Assembly (NCBI GenBank): GCA_031430855.1
Contig: JANPCG010000015.1
Coordinates: forward strand, 68,522 to 132,521
DNA: 64,000 bases
Reading direction: 5' to 3'
Source of the DNA: Candidatus Kaiserbacteria bacterium
GTDB lineage: Bacteria; Patescibacteriota; Minisyncoccia; Phycocordibacterales; UBA918
Shown here: piece by piece, positions 49,661-58,558 of the stretch
Position numbering within the stretch: position 1 is the stretch's first letter
Layout of the letters: the number at the start of each line of letters is the position of its first letter
Translations under genes and position numbers: made by a program
The notes under the pieces: model-generated
Seen by the model: the letters and a program-made list of their open reading frames with translations, nothing else
Told to the model about the DNA's origin: nothing
The model's database searches: none

Positions 49661-49787
49661 AAATTCGTCCAAAATTGCTGTATCTACTTCAGCAGTTAAA
49701 CAAAAAATACCCTCACGGTACGTCTAGTACCGCTCGGGTATTTTTTGTTTCCCTACTTCGTATCTACAGCAATTTATGAACGAATTT
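49661..49787. repeat. Long imperfect hairpin, family H copy 6
   Basis: AAATTGCTGTA/TACAGCAATTT, AAACAAAAAATACCC/GGGTATTTTTTGTTT, CGGTAC-GTCTA-GTACCG. Confidence 0.75.
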
Positions 49788-49845
49788 ACGTAAATTAGCA
49801 GTCCGTGTTGTATCCTAAGATACAACACGCTTGCTCGATGGCGAA

Positions 49846-50457
49846 TTACACCATAAAGACAAAAGTGATGATAATCATCCAGTAGAACGCCAACAAGCTC
49901 TTGCTGGGCCTGACCTTTTTTTGTTGTGTAATAAGTTTTGTGACAATTAAACCAACGATAAAGTAAAACGGTATCACTTGGAGACATGATAAGTGTGAAA
50001 GTGGGCCGAGATTAGCTGGTAAATAATAGAAGATATATTTATCAAAAATGAGTAAAAATAACCCATTATAAACAAGTTCCAGGAAGACAGCTTCAGTCCC
50101 CATGACCAGACCGGCTGAAACTTCAGAAATTTTTCTTTTAATAAAGTAATGGTCACTGAAATATTTATAAAACCCTAATGAGCCCCAAATAAAAATAAAA
50201 TAGTAGCTGATATTGCCATCATGAGCTGGAAACAAACGATATTCCCAGAGCGGCGCACCTAGGATCCGTTCATAGAGAGTGTTTACAAAGACTTCACCAA
50301 TAATCCCAAATAATGAAAAAATGGTCACATACAAAAATAAGGTACTAAAACTAGGAACAATTAGTTTTTTTGAGATGAGGCAAACGATGCTGTAGAAAGA
50401 AACTAAAAACCCTAAGGCAAAAAGGGTCGTGGTAACAAAGGTGATTTCTACAGGCAT
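49846..50457 (-). CDS. Hypothetical polytopic membrane protein
   Basis: About six hydrophobic segments; AT-rich. Confidence 0.7.
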   Translation of the reverse strand: MPVEITFVTTTLFALGFLVSFYSIVCLISKKLIVPSFSTLFLYVTIFSLFGIIGEVFVNTLYERILGAPLWEYRLFPAHDGNISYYFIFIWGSLGFYKYFSDHYFIKRKISEVSAGLVMGTEAVFLELVYNGLFLLIFDKYIFYYLPANLGPLSHLSCLQVIPFYFIVGLIVTKLITQQKKVRPSKSLLAFYWMIIITFVFMV

Positions 50458-50459
50458 AG

Positions 50460-51092
50460 CTAGTACTGATTTTTAAAGGAATACCCCATCGGAATCGCAC
50501 TTCGTTCTTGTTTCCACACTTCAGTTATAAGCCAGCGACGGTAGGTGTCAAAGACTGTGAGCGCTACGGTTTGTGGGCTGTGACGGCTGGTATCAATCAC
50601 CAAATCGAAATGGGCGAGATTATATGGATCGACGTGATATAGGGTGCGGAAACGGGCTCGCTCAGCCTCCATGCGGTCACGTACTTGGTTTGTGACGTCA
50701 GCCAAGGAAGCGGTTCCTTCGCCAGCACCACTACGGGCCGTGTTGCTCACTGCATCCTTGTAGATACGGACCGTGGCAACCTCCATATCGAGATCGAGAT
50801 AGACTTTGAATGACTCGGGAATCCAATAGAAACCGAGCCTTGAATCAACGACAATATCAGATTTATCCCGCAGTGCACGCAGCATGTCGTCTACTCGGTC
50901 GTCGAGCGCATGGTCACATTTGGCTTTTTCATTGTACTCAGCGAGGGTTAGTCTTGATTTACTAAGTACTGCCCGTACCATGTCGCCGGAGGAATGTCTA
51001 GTATATGAAAGCATCTCGGCGACCTTGTCAGCAGTTGATGATTTACCGCTGCCGGGCTTACCGGAAATAGTGATGATGTGTTTTCGTTCCAT
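50460..51092 (-). CDS. Cytidylate kinase-like protein (short, archaeal-type), paralogue 1
   Basis: ITISGKPGSGKS, VVDSRLG, FKVYL and FDLVIDTS. Confidence 0.82.
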   Translation of the reverse strand: MERKHIITISGKPGSGKSSTADKVAEMLSYTRHSSGDMVRAVLSKSRLTLAEYNEKAKCDHALDDRVDDMLRALRDKSDIVVDSRLGFYWIPESFKVYLDLDMEVATVRIYKDAVSNTARSGAGEGTASLADVTNQVRDRMEAERARFRTLYHVDPYNLAHFDLVIDTSRHSPQTVALTVFDTYRRWLITEVWKQERSAIPMGYSFKNQY

Positions 51093-51109
51093 GTGCGTAT
51101 CTTAACACA

Positions 51110-51682
51110 TTACCCAGTCAGCCATTTTCTGTACGCATCGACTACCTGCACCGCGACAGCTAGTGGCGTTAGAGCCGAAGTATCTATAACAAGATCAAAG
51201 TTGGTTTCGTCGTAAATATGTATACCGTAATGCTCCAAGTAGCGCATTTTATGGTTCTCAATGCGCCGCCTGGTTTTTTCTAGAGTCGCCTCATAGGTGT
51301 CTGGACTGTCATGGCTCGCAACACGCAAAGCTGAATGTTTGTCATCAAATATACGTTGTGCTGAAACTTCAATGGGGACGCTGAGATGCACTTTAAATGA
51401 GTGTGGTATGAAATGAAAGCCCAAGATTGAGTCGATAATGAAGTGGTTTTCGTCACGTCCAATTCGAGTTTGCTCCTTATCAATATGGAGATCAATTGAT
51501 TTGTCGTGAGCGATGAGCGTATTAAATTCTTCTAGTGATAACCCTCGTTCCACTGCTAGATTACGGGCATAGTCGCCGGTAGAAAAACTTTGATATCCGA
51601 GCGCTTCAACTAAAAGACGTTTTACGGTTGATTTGCCACTGCCAGGGAGTCCACCTAAGGTAATAATTTCAGTTTTAACCAT
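51110..51682 (-). CDS. Cytidylate kinase-like protein, paralogue 2
   Basis: ITLGGLPGSGKST, IIDSILG, FKVHL and FDLVIDTS. Confidence 0.82.
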   Translation of the reverse strand: MVKTEIITLGGLPGSGKSTVKRLLVEALGYQSFSTGDYARNLAVERGLSLEEFNTLIAHDKSIDLHIDKEQTRIGRDENHFIIDSILGFHFIPHSFKVHLSVPIEVSAQRIFDDKHSALRVASHDSPDTYEATLEKTRRRIENHKMRYLEHYGIHIYDETNFDLVIDTSALTPLAVAVQVVDAYRKWLTG

Positions 51683-51746
51683 AATTTTGTGGTCATAGAG
51701 TAGCATTTTCTTGTTTTTTTGCCTAACCTAGGTACACTAGAACCGT

Positions 51747-52340
51747 ATGGATATTAAAACTGTTATTTTTATTGGACCGCAGGGAAGTGGAAAGGGAACC
51801 CAGATTGAAAAACTCAAAGCCGTACTTGAGGCAGGTGACGAAAGGCGTCGCGTGGTTGATATTCAGACTGGTCGACGGTTCCGTGCACTTGCGGCTACTC
51901 AGGAAACGTATGCCGAAGATAAAATTGCTGCAACCTTAAGTAGTGGTGTGCTTCAGCCCGATTTTATTACAACGGTGTTGTGGGGACGGGCGATGCTTGA
52001 TCAGCTTGATACCAAGAGTCATCTCTTGATTGACGGATTTCCCCGTACGGTTGGACAAATTCCGGACCTTGAAGACGCCTTCCATTTTTTTGAACGAGGG
52101 ACAGTTGATGTGATTAATCTCGAAACCCCTGAGGAGGTGGTCCGTGTCCGGATGGAGAGTCGCGCCCGAGCGGACGATACGACTGATTCAATTGAAGAGC
52201 GGCTGCGTTGGTACCGCGGGGACACCCTTCCGGTTGTTGCGTATTACCAAAGCCGTCCACAGACGCGCGTCCATACGCTTGATGGAACGGACACGATTGA
52301 TGGTGTACACCAGCAAATTCTCAAGGCATTATTGCTCTAA
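51747..52340 (+). CDS. adk: Adenylate kinase (short LID, divergent)
   Basis: GPQGSGKGTQ, IDGFPRT and RADD; upstream of map. Confidence 0.85.
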   Translation: MDIKTVIFIGPQGSGKGTQIEKLKAVLEAGDERRRVVDIQTGRRFRALAATQETYAEDKIAATLSSGVLQPDFITTVLWGRAMLDQLDTKSHLLIDGFPRTVGQIPDLEDAFHFFERGTVDVINLETPEEVVRVRMESRARADDTTDSIEERLRWYRGDTLPVVAYYQSRPQTRVHTLDGTDTIDGVHQQILKALLL

Positions 52341-52341
52341 T

Positions 52342-53112
52342 ATGATAACCAAAAAAACATCAGCCGAAATTGAAATACTCCGTGAAGCGGGAAGTATATT
52401 AGCTAAAATTCTCAAAACACTCGCTCGTGAATTGACGCCGGGGATGACTACTTTGGATATTGATGATCGGGCAATGGAGTTAATCGAGGAGTATAACGTT
52501 GAGCCTGTATTATTGGGGTATCATCCAAGTTTTGCTGAGTATCCGTACCCAGCGGCGGTTTGTATTTCAGTTAATGAGTGTGTTCAGCATGGTATCCCGT
52601 CGGCTGAGGTTATTCTCAAAGAGGGCGATGTCGTCAATATCGATATGTCGATTGGGCTCAGTGGGATGGTGGTTGATTCAGGACTTACTGTAGGAGTGGG
52701 AGAGGTAAGTGATGTCGACCGAAAGCTAATGGCTGCTACCCAAGAAGCGCTTGCTCTTGGTATTAAGGCGGCGAAACCCGGTGCACACATCGGCGATATT
52801 AGTCACGCCATTCAGACGCTGGTTGAATCTCGGGGATTCTCATGTGTTGAGGTATTGTGTGGTCACGGTGTGGGGTATAGTATCCATGAGGAGCCCCTCA
52901 TTCCTAATACGGGGAGGGCAGGTACTGGTCCACTCATTGAGGTCGGCCATGTCTATGCGATTGAACCAATCGTGAATGTCGGGGGTGCCGATGTCTATTT
53001 TGATGATGAGGGGGATGGGTATAGTGTCTATACCAAAGACGGTTCGCATAGTGCCCACTTTGAACATACGGTAGTGATTACTGAAACAGGGGCTGAGATT
53101 TTGACAAAATAA
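52342..53112 (+). CDS. map: Methionine aminopeptidase type I
   Basis: SVNECVQHGIP, GHGVG, AIEP and SAHFEHT. Confidence 0.96.
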   Translation: MITKKTSAEIEILREAGSILAKILKTLARELTPGMTTLDIDDRAMELIEEYNVEPVLLGYHPSFAEYPYPAAVCISVNECVQHGIPSAEVILKEGDVVNIDMSIGLSGMVVDSGLTVGVGEVSDVDRKLMAATQEALALGIKAAKPGAHIGDISHAIQTLVESRGFSCVEVLCGHGVGYSIHEEPLIPNTGRAGTGPLIEVGHVYAIEPIVNVGGADVYFDDEGDGYSVYTKDGSHSAHFEHTVVITETGAEILTK

Positions 53113-53152
53113 GTTATGCTTTGACACTCGTGCTGTGGGTGATATGTTTAAT

Positions 53153-53237
53153 ATGCCTAGCTGTCGTTTTTCGAAACGTTGGCTCGGCATCCTCCCTGTT
53201 GGACCTAGCCCCGGTACGTACCGGGGCTTCTTTTTTT
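53153..53237 (+). ncRNA. Candidate small RNA
   Basis: TTGACA...TATGTT promoter, a UUCG-capped hairpin, a CCTCCC linker and a palindromic terminator with T tract; no convincing ORF. Confidence 0.35.
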
Positions 53238-53287
53238 AGAATATTCAGGTATACTGCTTTCGTTATTTAATCTAATCAAACGTCGCT

Positions 53288-53893
53288 ATGGCCAAACATC
53301 CACACCAAGAACGAACTTTTGTTATCCTTAAGCCTGATACCATTCAACGCTCACTTATTGGTGAAGTAATCAAGCGATTTGAGCGTACTGGCCTCAAATG
53401 CACCGCGATGAAGATGATTATGGCTGATGAGGAGCGTCTGTTACAACACTATAATAAAGACGAGGCGTGGTTTCTTAAAAAAGGAACCCGGATTGCTGAG
53501 GATATGGTGGCGCAAGGTCGAGCGGTAGAAAAAGAACCAATTGAATATGGAAAAGACATTATCCGGACAATTGTGCATTATATGACCGCAGCGCCAGTCA
53601 TTGCTATGGTGTTTGAAGGAAATGAAGCCGTAGCGGTAGTTTCAAAACTCGTTGGTACTACTGAACCAAAGACGTCTGATGTAGGTACTATTCGAGGAGA
53701 CTTCACGGTTGATTCGTATAGTCACTCATCGTACGAAAATCGTTCAGTTAGAAATTTGGTACATCAATCTGAATCGCCAGAAGAGGCCGAACGAGAAATT
53801 GCTATTTGGTTTAATGAAGACGAGATTCTCTCATACATAACGGCCCAAGAACGCATTATGTATGACATAAATCTGGATGGAACTAACGAATAA
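53288..53893 (+). CDS. ndk: Nucleoside diphosphate kinase
   Basis: ERTFVILKPD, GTIRGDF and RNLVH. Confidence 0.93.
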   Translation: MAKHPHQERTFVILKPDTIQRSLIGEVIKRFERTGLKCTAMKMIMADEERLLQHYNKDEAWFLKKGTRIAEDMVAQGRAVEKEPIEYGKDIIRTIVHYMTAAPVIAMVFEGNEAVAVVSKLVGTTEPKTSDVGTIRGDFTVDSYSHSSYENRSVRNLVHQSESPEEAEREIAIWFNEDEILSYITAQERIMYDINLDGTNE

Positions 53894-53991
53894 ACGAGGA
53901 CGCTACTCGGTTAAAAAACTCCCCCTGGGGATTTTTTTAAATCGGGTATAAATTACCTTGGCGATAACTGTTTGATATATACTTAAAATAT

Positions 53992-54510
53992 ATGAAATCA
54001 ATCAAACCACTCTCAGTCCTCGGTATTATTTGTGTATTCTTAGTTGGGTATCAATTTATGGGGGCTGCAGTATGGACATCTCCAACCGCCTCGTCACCAA
54101 ATAATAACACTGATGCTCCTATTAATATTGGTGCAACTACTCAACAAAAGGCTGGTAATCTCCAGGCTAATATTTTTGCGGCGGGAGTACAGATGCGGTC
54201 AAATTTGTATTGTGATGAGGTTGGTTATAACTGTTTTGATCCGGCTGAAGTCGTTTCACCGAGTACGTGTCCAACCGGAGAATTTGTCACTGGATTTCGA
54301 CCAAATGGTGAGTTAAAATGTGCTACTCCTAGTGGAGGTTCGTCGAATTGTGTAATTGAACAAAGAACAGTATCAGCGTGCGTCTATGATTCCAGCAGCG
54401 TTCCTCCTTGCCCGAGTGGCTGGAATCAAATTTCCTTAAATCAAGGTGGTCGTTGTTCAACTAATAACGTAACATGGTCACGTCTATGCATAAGAAATGT
54501 TTGTAGTTAA
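53992..54510 (+). CDS. Secreted Cys-rich protein, family member 4
   Basis: AVWTSPTASSPNNNTDAPINIG..QQKAGNL..YCDEVGYNCF; tip CPTGEFVTGF..C, CPSGW. Confidence 0.82.
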   Translation: MKSIKPLSVLGIICVFLVGYQFMGAAVWTSPTASSPNNNTDAPINIGATTQQKAGNLQANIFAAGVQMRSNLYCDEVGYNCFDPAEVVSPSTCPTGEFVTGFRPNGELKCATPSGGSSNCVIEQRTVSACVYDSSSVPPCPSGWNQISLNQGGRCSTNNVTWSRLCIRNVCS

Positions 54511-54576
54511 TCAACGTAAACGCAAACAAAGTTACTAATTCTTTTGCGCTCAGAAAAACTTTTGGTATACTTATAT

Positions 54577-54731
54577 TGCAACCACTGATACGTATGTTTC
54601 TGATAAGTACTTATGCAGGGCTGCCGGTAGTCTCAGTTCGCGATGAGCACTCAATTGAGACGGAGTATTCTGACCTGTTCTGGAAATGGTGCCCACCTAG
54701 AATTCTCTAGGAGCATACGTGGGTGGTTGCA
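54577..54731 (+). ncRNA. Probable 6S-like RNA
   Basis: 5' TGCAACCACT..ACGTATG pairs with 3' CATACGT..GGTGGTTGCA; starts about 6 nt after TGGTATACT; terminator follows; no ORF. Confidence 0.55.
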
Positions 54732-54788
54732 TGAAAGCACGTCTCATTATTGAGGCGTTTTTTCATGCCGTAATGATAGAATAGATTC

Positions 54789-55169
54789 ATGAATCGACTC
54801 ACCATTGTTACTCTGATTGTGGGTACGCTCTTTGCGGTAACGCATACTAATAATGAAATCAACCACTTATATTGGTACTACCCAGGTTTAGAGTATGTCA
54901 TGCATGTGTGGGGTGGAATAGTATTATATTTACTTCTCCAGGTATTTTTATGGCTCTCATTTATTCCCCAAAATATTGCCAGGCGACCGTTGGCTCTGGT
55001 TGGGATTTTAGTAGCAGGGATGGTTACGTGGGAACTCTATGGTATCTACCGGTATGGTGGCTTTAAACCCCACTACGTATTTGATACAAGCCTTGATCTC
55101 GTGTTTGGTATACTAGGGTGTATCATCGGATGGGTGATTTATCGACTAATGAAAAAACGCATAACATGA
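54789..55169 (+). CDS. Four-TM membrane protein
   Basis: MHVWGG, WE and DTSLDL pattern. Confidence 0.75.
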   Translation: MNRLTIVTLIVGTLFAVTHTNNEINHLYWYYPGLEYVMHVWGGIVLYLLLQVFLWLSFIPQNIARRPLALVGILVAGMVTWELYGIYRYGGFKPHYVFDTSLDLVFGILGCIIGWVIYRLMKKRIT

Positions 55170-56527
55170 AAAGTCAGCTTGGTTTTTACGGCGGAGTAGG
55201 GAGTGTCACCGGTGCAAATTTTATGCTTGATACGGGCGGGGCGGCCATTTTAATTGACTGTGGACTCGAGCAGGGGAGTCGTTTTGCTTCAGAACAAAAT
55301 ACACTCCCCTTTGTCTATAATCCGAGTGATGTTGATGTCCTTATGGTTACTCACGCGCACGCGGATCATATTGGGAGAATCCCAAAGCTGGTACGTGATG
55401 GTTTTTCCGGCGTCATTTATTCAACCAAACCAACTAAGGCACTTGCTGCCATCATGCTCGCTGACGCCTTGAAGGTGATGGAGTACGAACATGAACGCTA
55501 TGGGTATGAAGTCCTCTATGAAGCAGGAGACATCAGAGCTGCCTTAGCGTTGTGGAAAACGGTAGATTATAACGATGAAATTACACTACCTGATAACGTT
55601 ACGGCATTTTATAGTGACGCTGGGCACATTCTTGGTTCCGGGATGGTTCATTTTTCTCGGGGTGATAAAACGATAGTATTTACCGGTGATATTGGGAACG
55701 TACCGCAACCCCTTCTAAATCCACCGGTCATTCCTACTGGCTATGATTATTTAGTTATGGAGAGTGTGTATGGTGATAGGTTGCATGAAGAAGTAGCGGA
55801 ACGTACCTCACTTCTTAAGTCCTACATTGAGGACACTAGGGCTAAAGGGGGGACACTCATTATTCCGGCATTTTCTTTAGAGCGTACCCAAGGAATGTTG
55901 CTTGAGATTAATAACTTGGTTGAAAGCGGTTCCATTCAACCGATCCCCGTTTTTCTTGATTCGCCTTTAGCAATTTCAGTAACTGACGAGTATCGAACCT
56001 TTGCTTCCTATCTAAAAAATTCGGTGCAAGACCAAATTAAGGCTGGTGATGATATTTTTGATTTTGAGGGTCTGTCATTTACTCAGACAGTAAAAGAGTC
56101 TCATGAAATTGATGCCCATAAAGGCGCTAAAATCATCATTGCCGGCTCTGGCATGAGTCACGGGGGTCGGATTCGCCGTCATGAACAAAACTATCTCGGT
56201 GATCCAAAAACTACGGTACTCTTGGTTGGGTATCAATCAGCCGGTAGTCTTGGGCGGATTCTCCAAGACGGTGGTACGAAGGTAAAAATTGACGGCAAGG
56301 ACGTAAGAGTTAAAGCTAAAGTTGCGACCATTCGTGGTTTCTCTGGACACGCTGACCGTGATCAATTGCTTGGTTTGGTGGCAGAAGGGAGTGGTAATGC
56401 TAAGGCGGTCTATGTGGTGATGGGTGAAGAGCGCTCGTCACTGTTTTTGACACAGCGACTGCGTGATTATTTGGGATTAAACGCTAAGGCACCTGACCAG
56501 AATGAGGAGATTGAAATTGATTTTTAA
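55166..56527 (+). CDS. MBL-fold beta-CASP ribonuclease-like protein
   Basis: THAHADHIG, AGHILGS, MESVYG and FSGHAD. Confidence 0.92.
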   Translation: MKSQLGFYGGVGSVTGANFMLDTGGAAILIDCGLEQGSRFASEQNTLPFVYNPSDVDVLMVTHAHADHIGRIPKLVRDGFSGVIYSTKPTKALAAIMLADALKVMEYEHERYGYEVLYEAGDIRAALALWKTVDYNDEITLPDNVTAFYSDAGHILGSGMVHFSRGDKTIVFTGDIGNVPQPLLNPPVIPTGYDYLVMESVYGDRLHEEVAERTSLLKSYIEDTRAKGGTLIIPAFSLERTQGMLLEINNLVESGSIQPIPVFLDSPLAISVTDEYRTFASYLKNSVQDQIKAGDDIFDFEGLSFTQTVKESHEIDAHKGAKIIIAGSGMSHGGRIRRHEQNYLGDPKTTVLLVGYQSAGSLGRILQDGGTKVKIDGKDVRVKAKVATIRGFSGHADRDQLLGLVAEGSGNAKAVYVVMGEERSSLFLTQRLRDYLGLNAKAPDQNEEIEIDF

Positions 56528-56544
56528 TTATTGCATCATTGGTT

Positions 56545-57024
56545 ATGAAAAAACTCCTAATTTTTGGTTTCATGATTGTCATGATGTTCTCGTTCGTTCC
56601 TGTGACTCAGGCTCAAACCCGAACATCGTCCCTTGGTCTAGAAGACCGGAAAATATTAATCTTACAACTAACCCTTAAAGTTCAAGAGCTTGTGAAAGAA
56701 CTGAGTGTGCTCCTTGAGCGTCAAGATACCCTAATTCAAAGAGAAGTGAGTATGTCTCGCGTTAATGCAGAGATTTACTTTACGATGAGCCCAGAGGTCG
56801 GTTTTTTAGGGGTCTGTAGTGATGTCGTAAATCGGCTTACCAGTTCAACTCTACTTAAGCAGGAAAAGATTAACGTAAGTGCCGAAAATATTACCTGTTA
56901 CGACAGTAAAGAAAAGTATGTGTTATCAGTAAAAACATCAAAGGGATATTCTTGTGCTGACAGTACTGGTGTAATGAAAACGACCAGCGGCCCTGCTATT
57001 CTGCTTGGCTGTCTAGTCAAGTAG
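56545..57024 (+). CDS. Secreted hypothetical protein with disulfide-closed C-terminus
   Basis: Signal peptide (TQA), coiled coil and YSCADSTG...C. Confidence 0.65.
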   Translation: MKKLLIFGFMIVMMFSFVPVTQAQTRTSSLGLEDRKILILQLTLKVQELVKELSVLLERQDTLIQREVSMSRVNAEIYFTMSPEVGFLGVCSDVVNRLTSSTLLKQEKINVSAENITCYDSKEKYVLSVKTSKGYSCADSTGVMKTTSGPAILLGCLVK

Positions 57025-57042
57025 AAGGTATAAAATGTAAAA

Positions 57043-57081
57043 CAAAAGAAACACCTCGCGTGAGCGAGGTGTTTCTTTTGT
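57043..57081. terminator. Bidirectional terminator
   Basis: CAAAAGAAACACCTCGC..GCGAGGTGTTTCTTTTG. Confidence 0.85.
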
Positions 57082-57083
57082 GT

Positions 57084-57428
57084 TTATTTTGTTGCGTCAA
57101 CTACTCGCTTAAATGAATCTGGTCGCTCGAGGGCGAGAGTGGCGAGAACCTTTCGGTCAAGCTTGATTCCCTTGAGGGTGAGGGTGTTGATGAAACGACT
57201 GTACTTGATATCAAAGTGAGACAAGGCTGCATTGATACGTACGGTCCACAATCGACGGAAGTCACCTTTCTTCTTTTTGCGGTGCGCAAACGAGTAGGTC
57301 TCGGCGTGGTAGATAGCTTCGCGCGCAACTCGCTTCTTCTTTGAACGCTGGAGGCGATAGCCTTTTACTTGTTCGAGGATATTGCGACGGCGCTTGTTGG
57401 CCATCAATCCTCCTTTTACACGTGACAT
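57084..57428 (-). CDS. rplT: 50S ribosomal protein L20
   Basis: MSRVKGG, FRRLWTVRINAA and LDRKVLA. Confidence 0.98.
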   Translation of the reverse strand: MSRVKGGLMANKRRRNILEQVKGYRLQRSKKKRVAREAIYHAETYSFAHRKKKKGDFRRLWTVRINAALSHFDIKYSRFINTLTLKGIKLDRKVLATLALERPDSFKRVVDATK

Positions 57429-57434
57429 ATGATA

Positions 57435-57662
57435 TTAATTAGCTGCTACGGGATGTGTCTCTGATAATGGCTTGGCTCCAGTTCCAGGAAGGAAACGGCG
57501 ACTGATACGCTTACTAAAGTTCAGAAGCTGTGTTCGCTTGCGGCGAAGTCGCTGTTGACCAGTTTGGCGGGCATTAAAGTGGTTTTGACCAGGCTTTCGA
57601 GCAACTAACTTGCCGTTCTTGGTTACCTTGATGCGCTTGCTGAATGATTTGTTTGTCTTCAT
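57435..57662 (-). CDS. rpmI: 50S ribosomal protein L35
   Basis: MKTNKSFSKRIKVTKNGK. Confidence 0.94.
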   Translation of the reverse strand: MKTNKSFSKRIKVTKNGKLVARKPGQNHFNARQTGQQRLRRKRTQLLNFSKRISRRFLPGTGAKPLSETHPVAAN

Positions 57663-57780
57663 AAATTTGTGTGACTGCGTAAAGTGTGGCAACTATAGCG
57701 TATCTGGCTTTATTTGTCAAAGGATTTTAGGTAACGAAACCCTTGCTTTTTTGTGGACTTACGGTCATTGTTAGACATAT

Positions 57781-58545
57781 ATGCAGTTAAACGGGCCCAT
57801 TTTAGATAAAGTTAAAGTAACGTTCGATAAAAACGTTGATTTCGGTGTCTTTCCCTTTAATTTGAGCGTGATAAAGAATCTAAAGGATATAACTCTAACG
57901 ACCCAAGTTACCTTTGTGGTGGGTGAAAATGGTACCGGTAAATCAACGTTTTTAGAGGCCTTGGCGGCTAGAGCAGGGTTTGGAAAAGAGGGTGGAAGTA
58001 AAAGTGTTAATTTTAGTACTACTGATACTATTCATGGTAACTACGCAGATTCACTGGCTGCTCAATTGACACTCTCATGGCGAAAGAAACCAAAAGACGG
58101 CTATTTTTTTAGAGCCGAAAGTTTTTTTAATGTAGCGAGCTTTTTTGAAACTATGGCTAAAGATCCGTTCGTAGGAGAATCTGCCTACGGTAGTTATGGT
58201 GGTAAATCATTGCATGCACAGTCACACGGAGAGAGTTTTTTATCCTTCTTTGTCAACCGTTTGGGCGGAGGCGGTTTTTACATCTTAGATGAACCAGAGG
58301 CAGCTCTCTCTCCGCAACGACAGCTTTCATTACTTAAGATCATTAATGACGTATGCAAGAATGGTGAGACTCAATTTGTCATTGCGACGCACTCACCAAT
58401 ATTATTAGCCTACCCAGGATCTACTATTTATTCTTGTGATGGGGAATCTCTAGAAATGATTGAATACGAAGACACTGAGCACTATCAAATTACAAAAGGT
58501 TTTTTGGATAATCCAAAAATTTATCTAAAGCACTTATTTGAGTAA
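57781..58545 (+). CDS. ABC/AAA-type ATPase (COG3910-like) inserted between infC and rpmI
   Basis: GENGTGKST, FFRAES, SHGESF, LDEPEAALSP and ATHSP. Confidence 0.88.
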   Translation: MQLNGPILDKVKVTFDKNVDFGVFPFNLSVIKNLKDITLTTQVTFVVGENGTGKSTFLEALAARAGFGKEGGSKSVNFSTTDTIHGNYADSLAAQLTLSWRKKPKDGYFFRAESFFNVASFFETMAKDPFVGESAYGSYGGKSLHAQSHGESFLSFFVNRLGGGGFYILDEPEAALSPQRQLSLLKIINDVCKNGETQFVIATHSPILLAYPGSTIYSCDGESLEMIEYEDTEHYQITKGFLDNPKIYLKHLFE

Positions 58546-58558
58546 AGTAAACGTTCGT

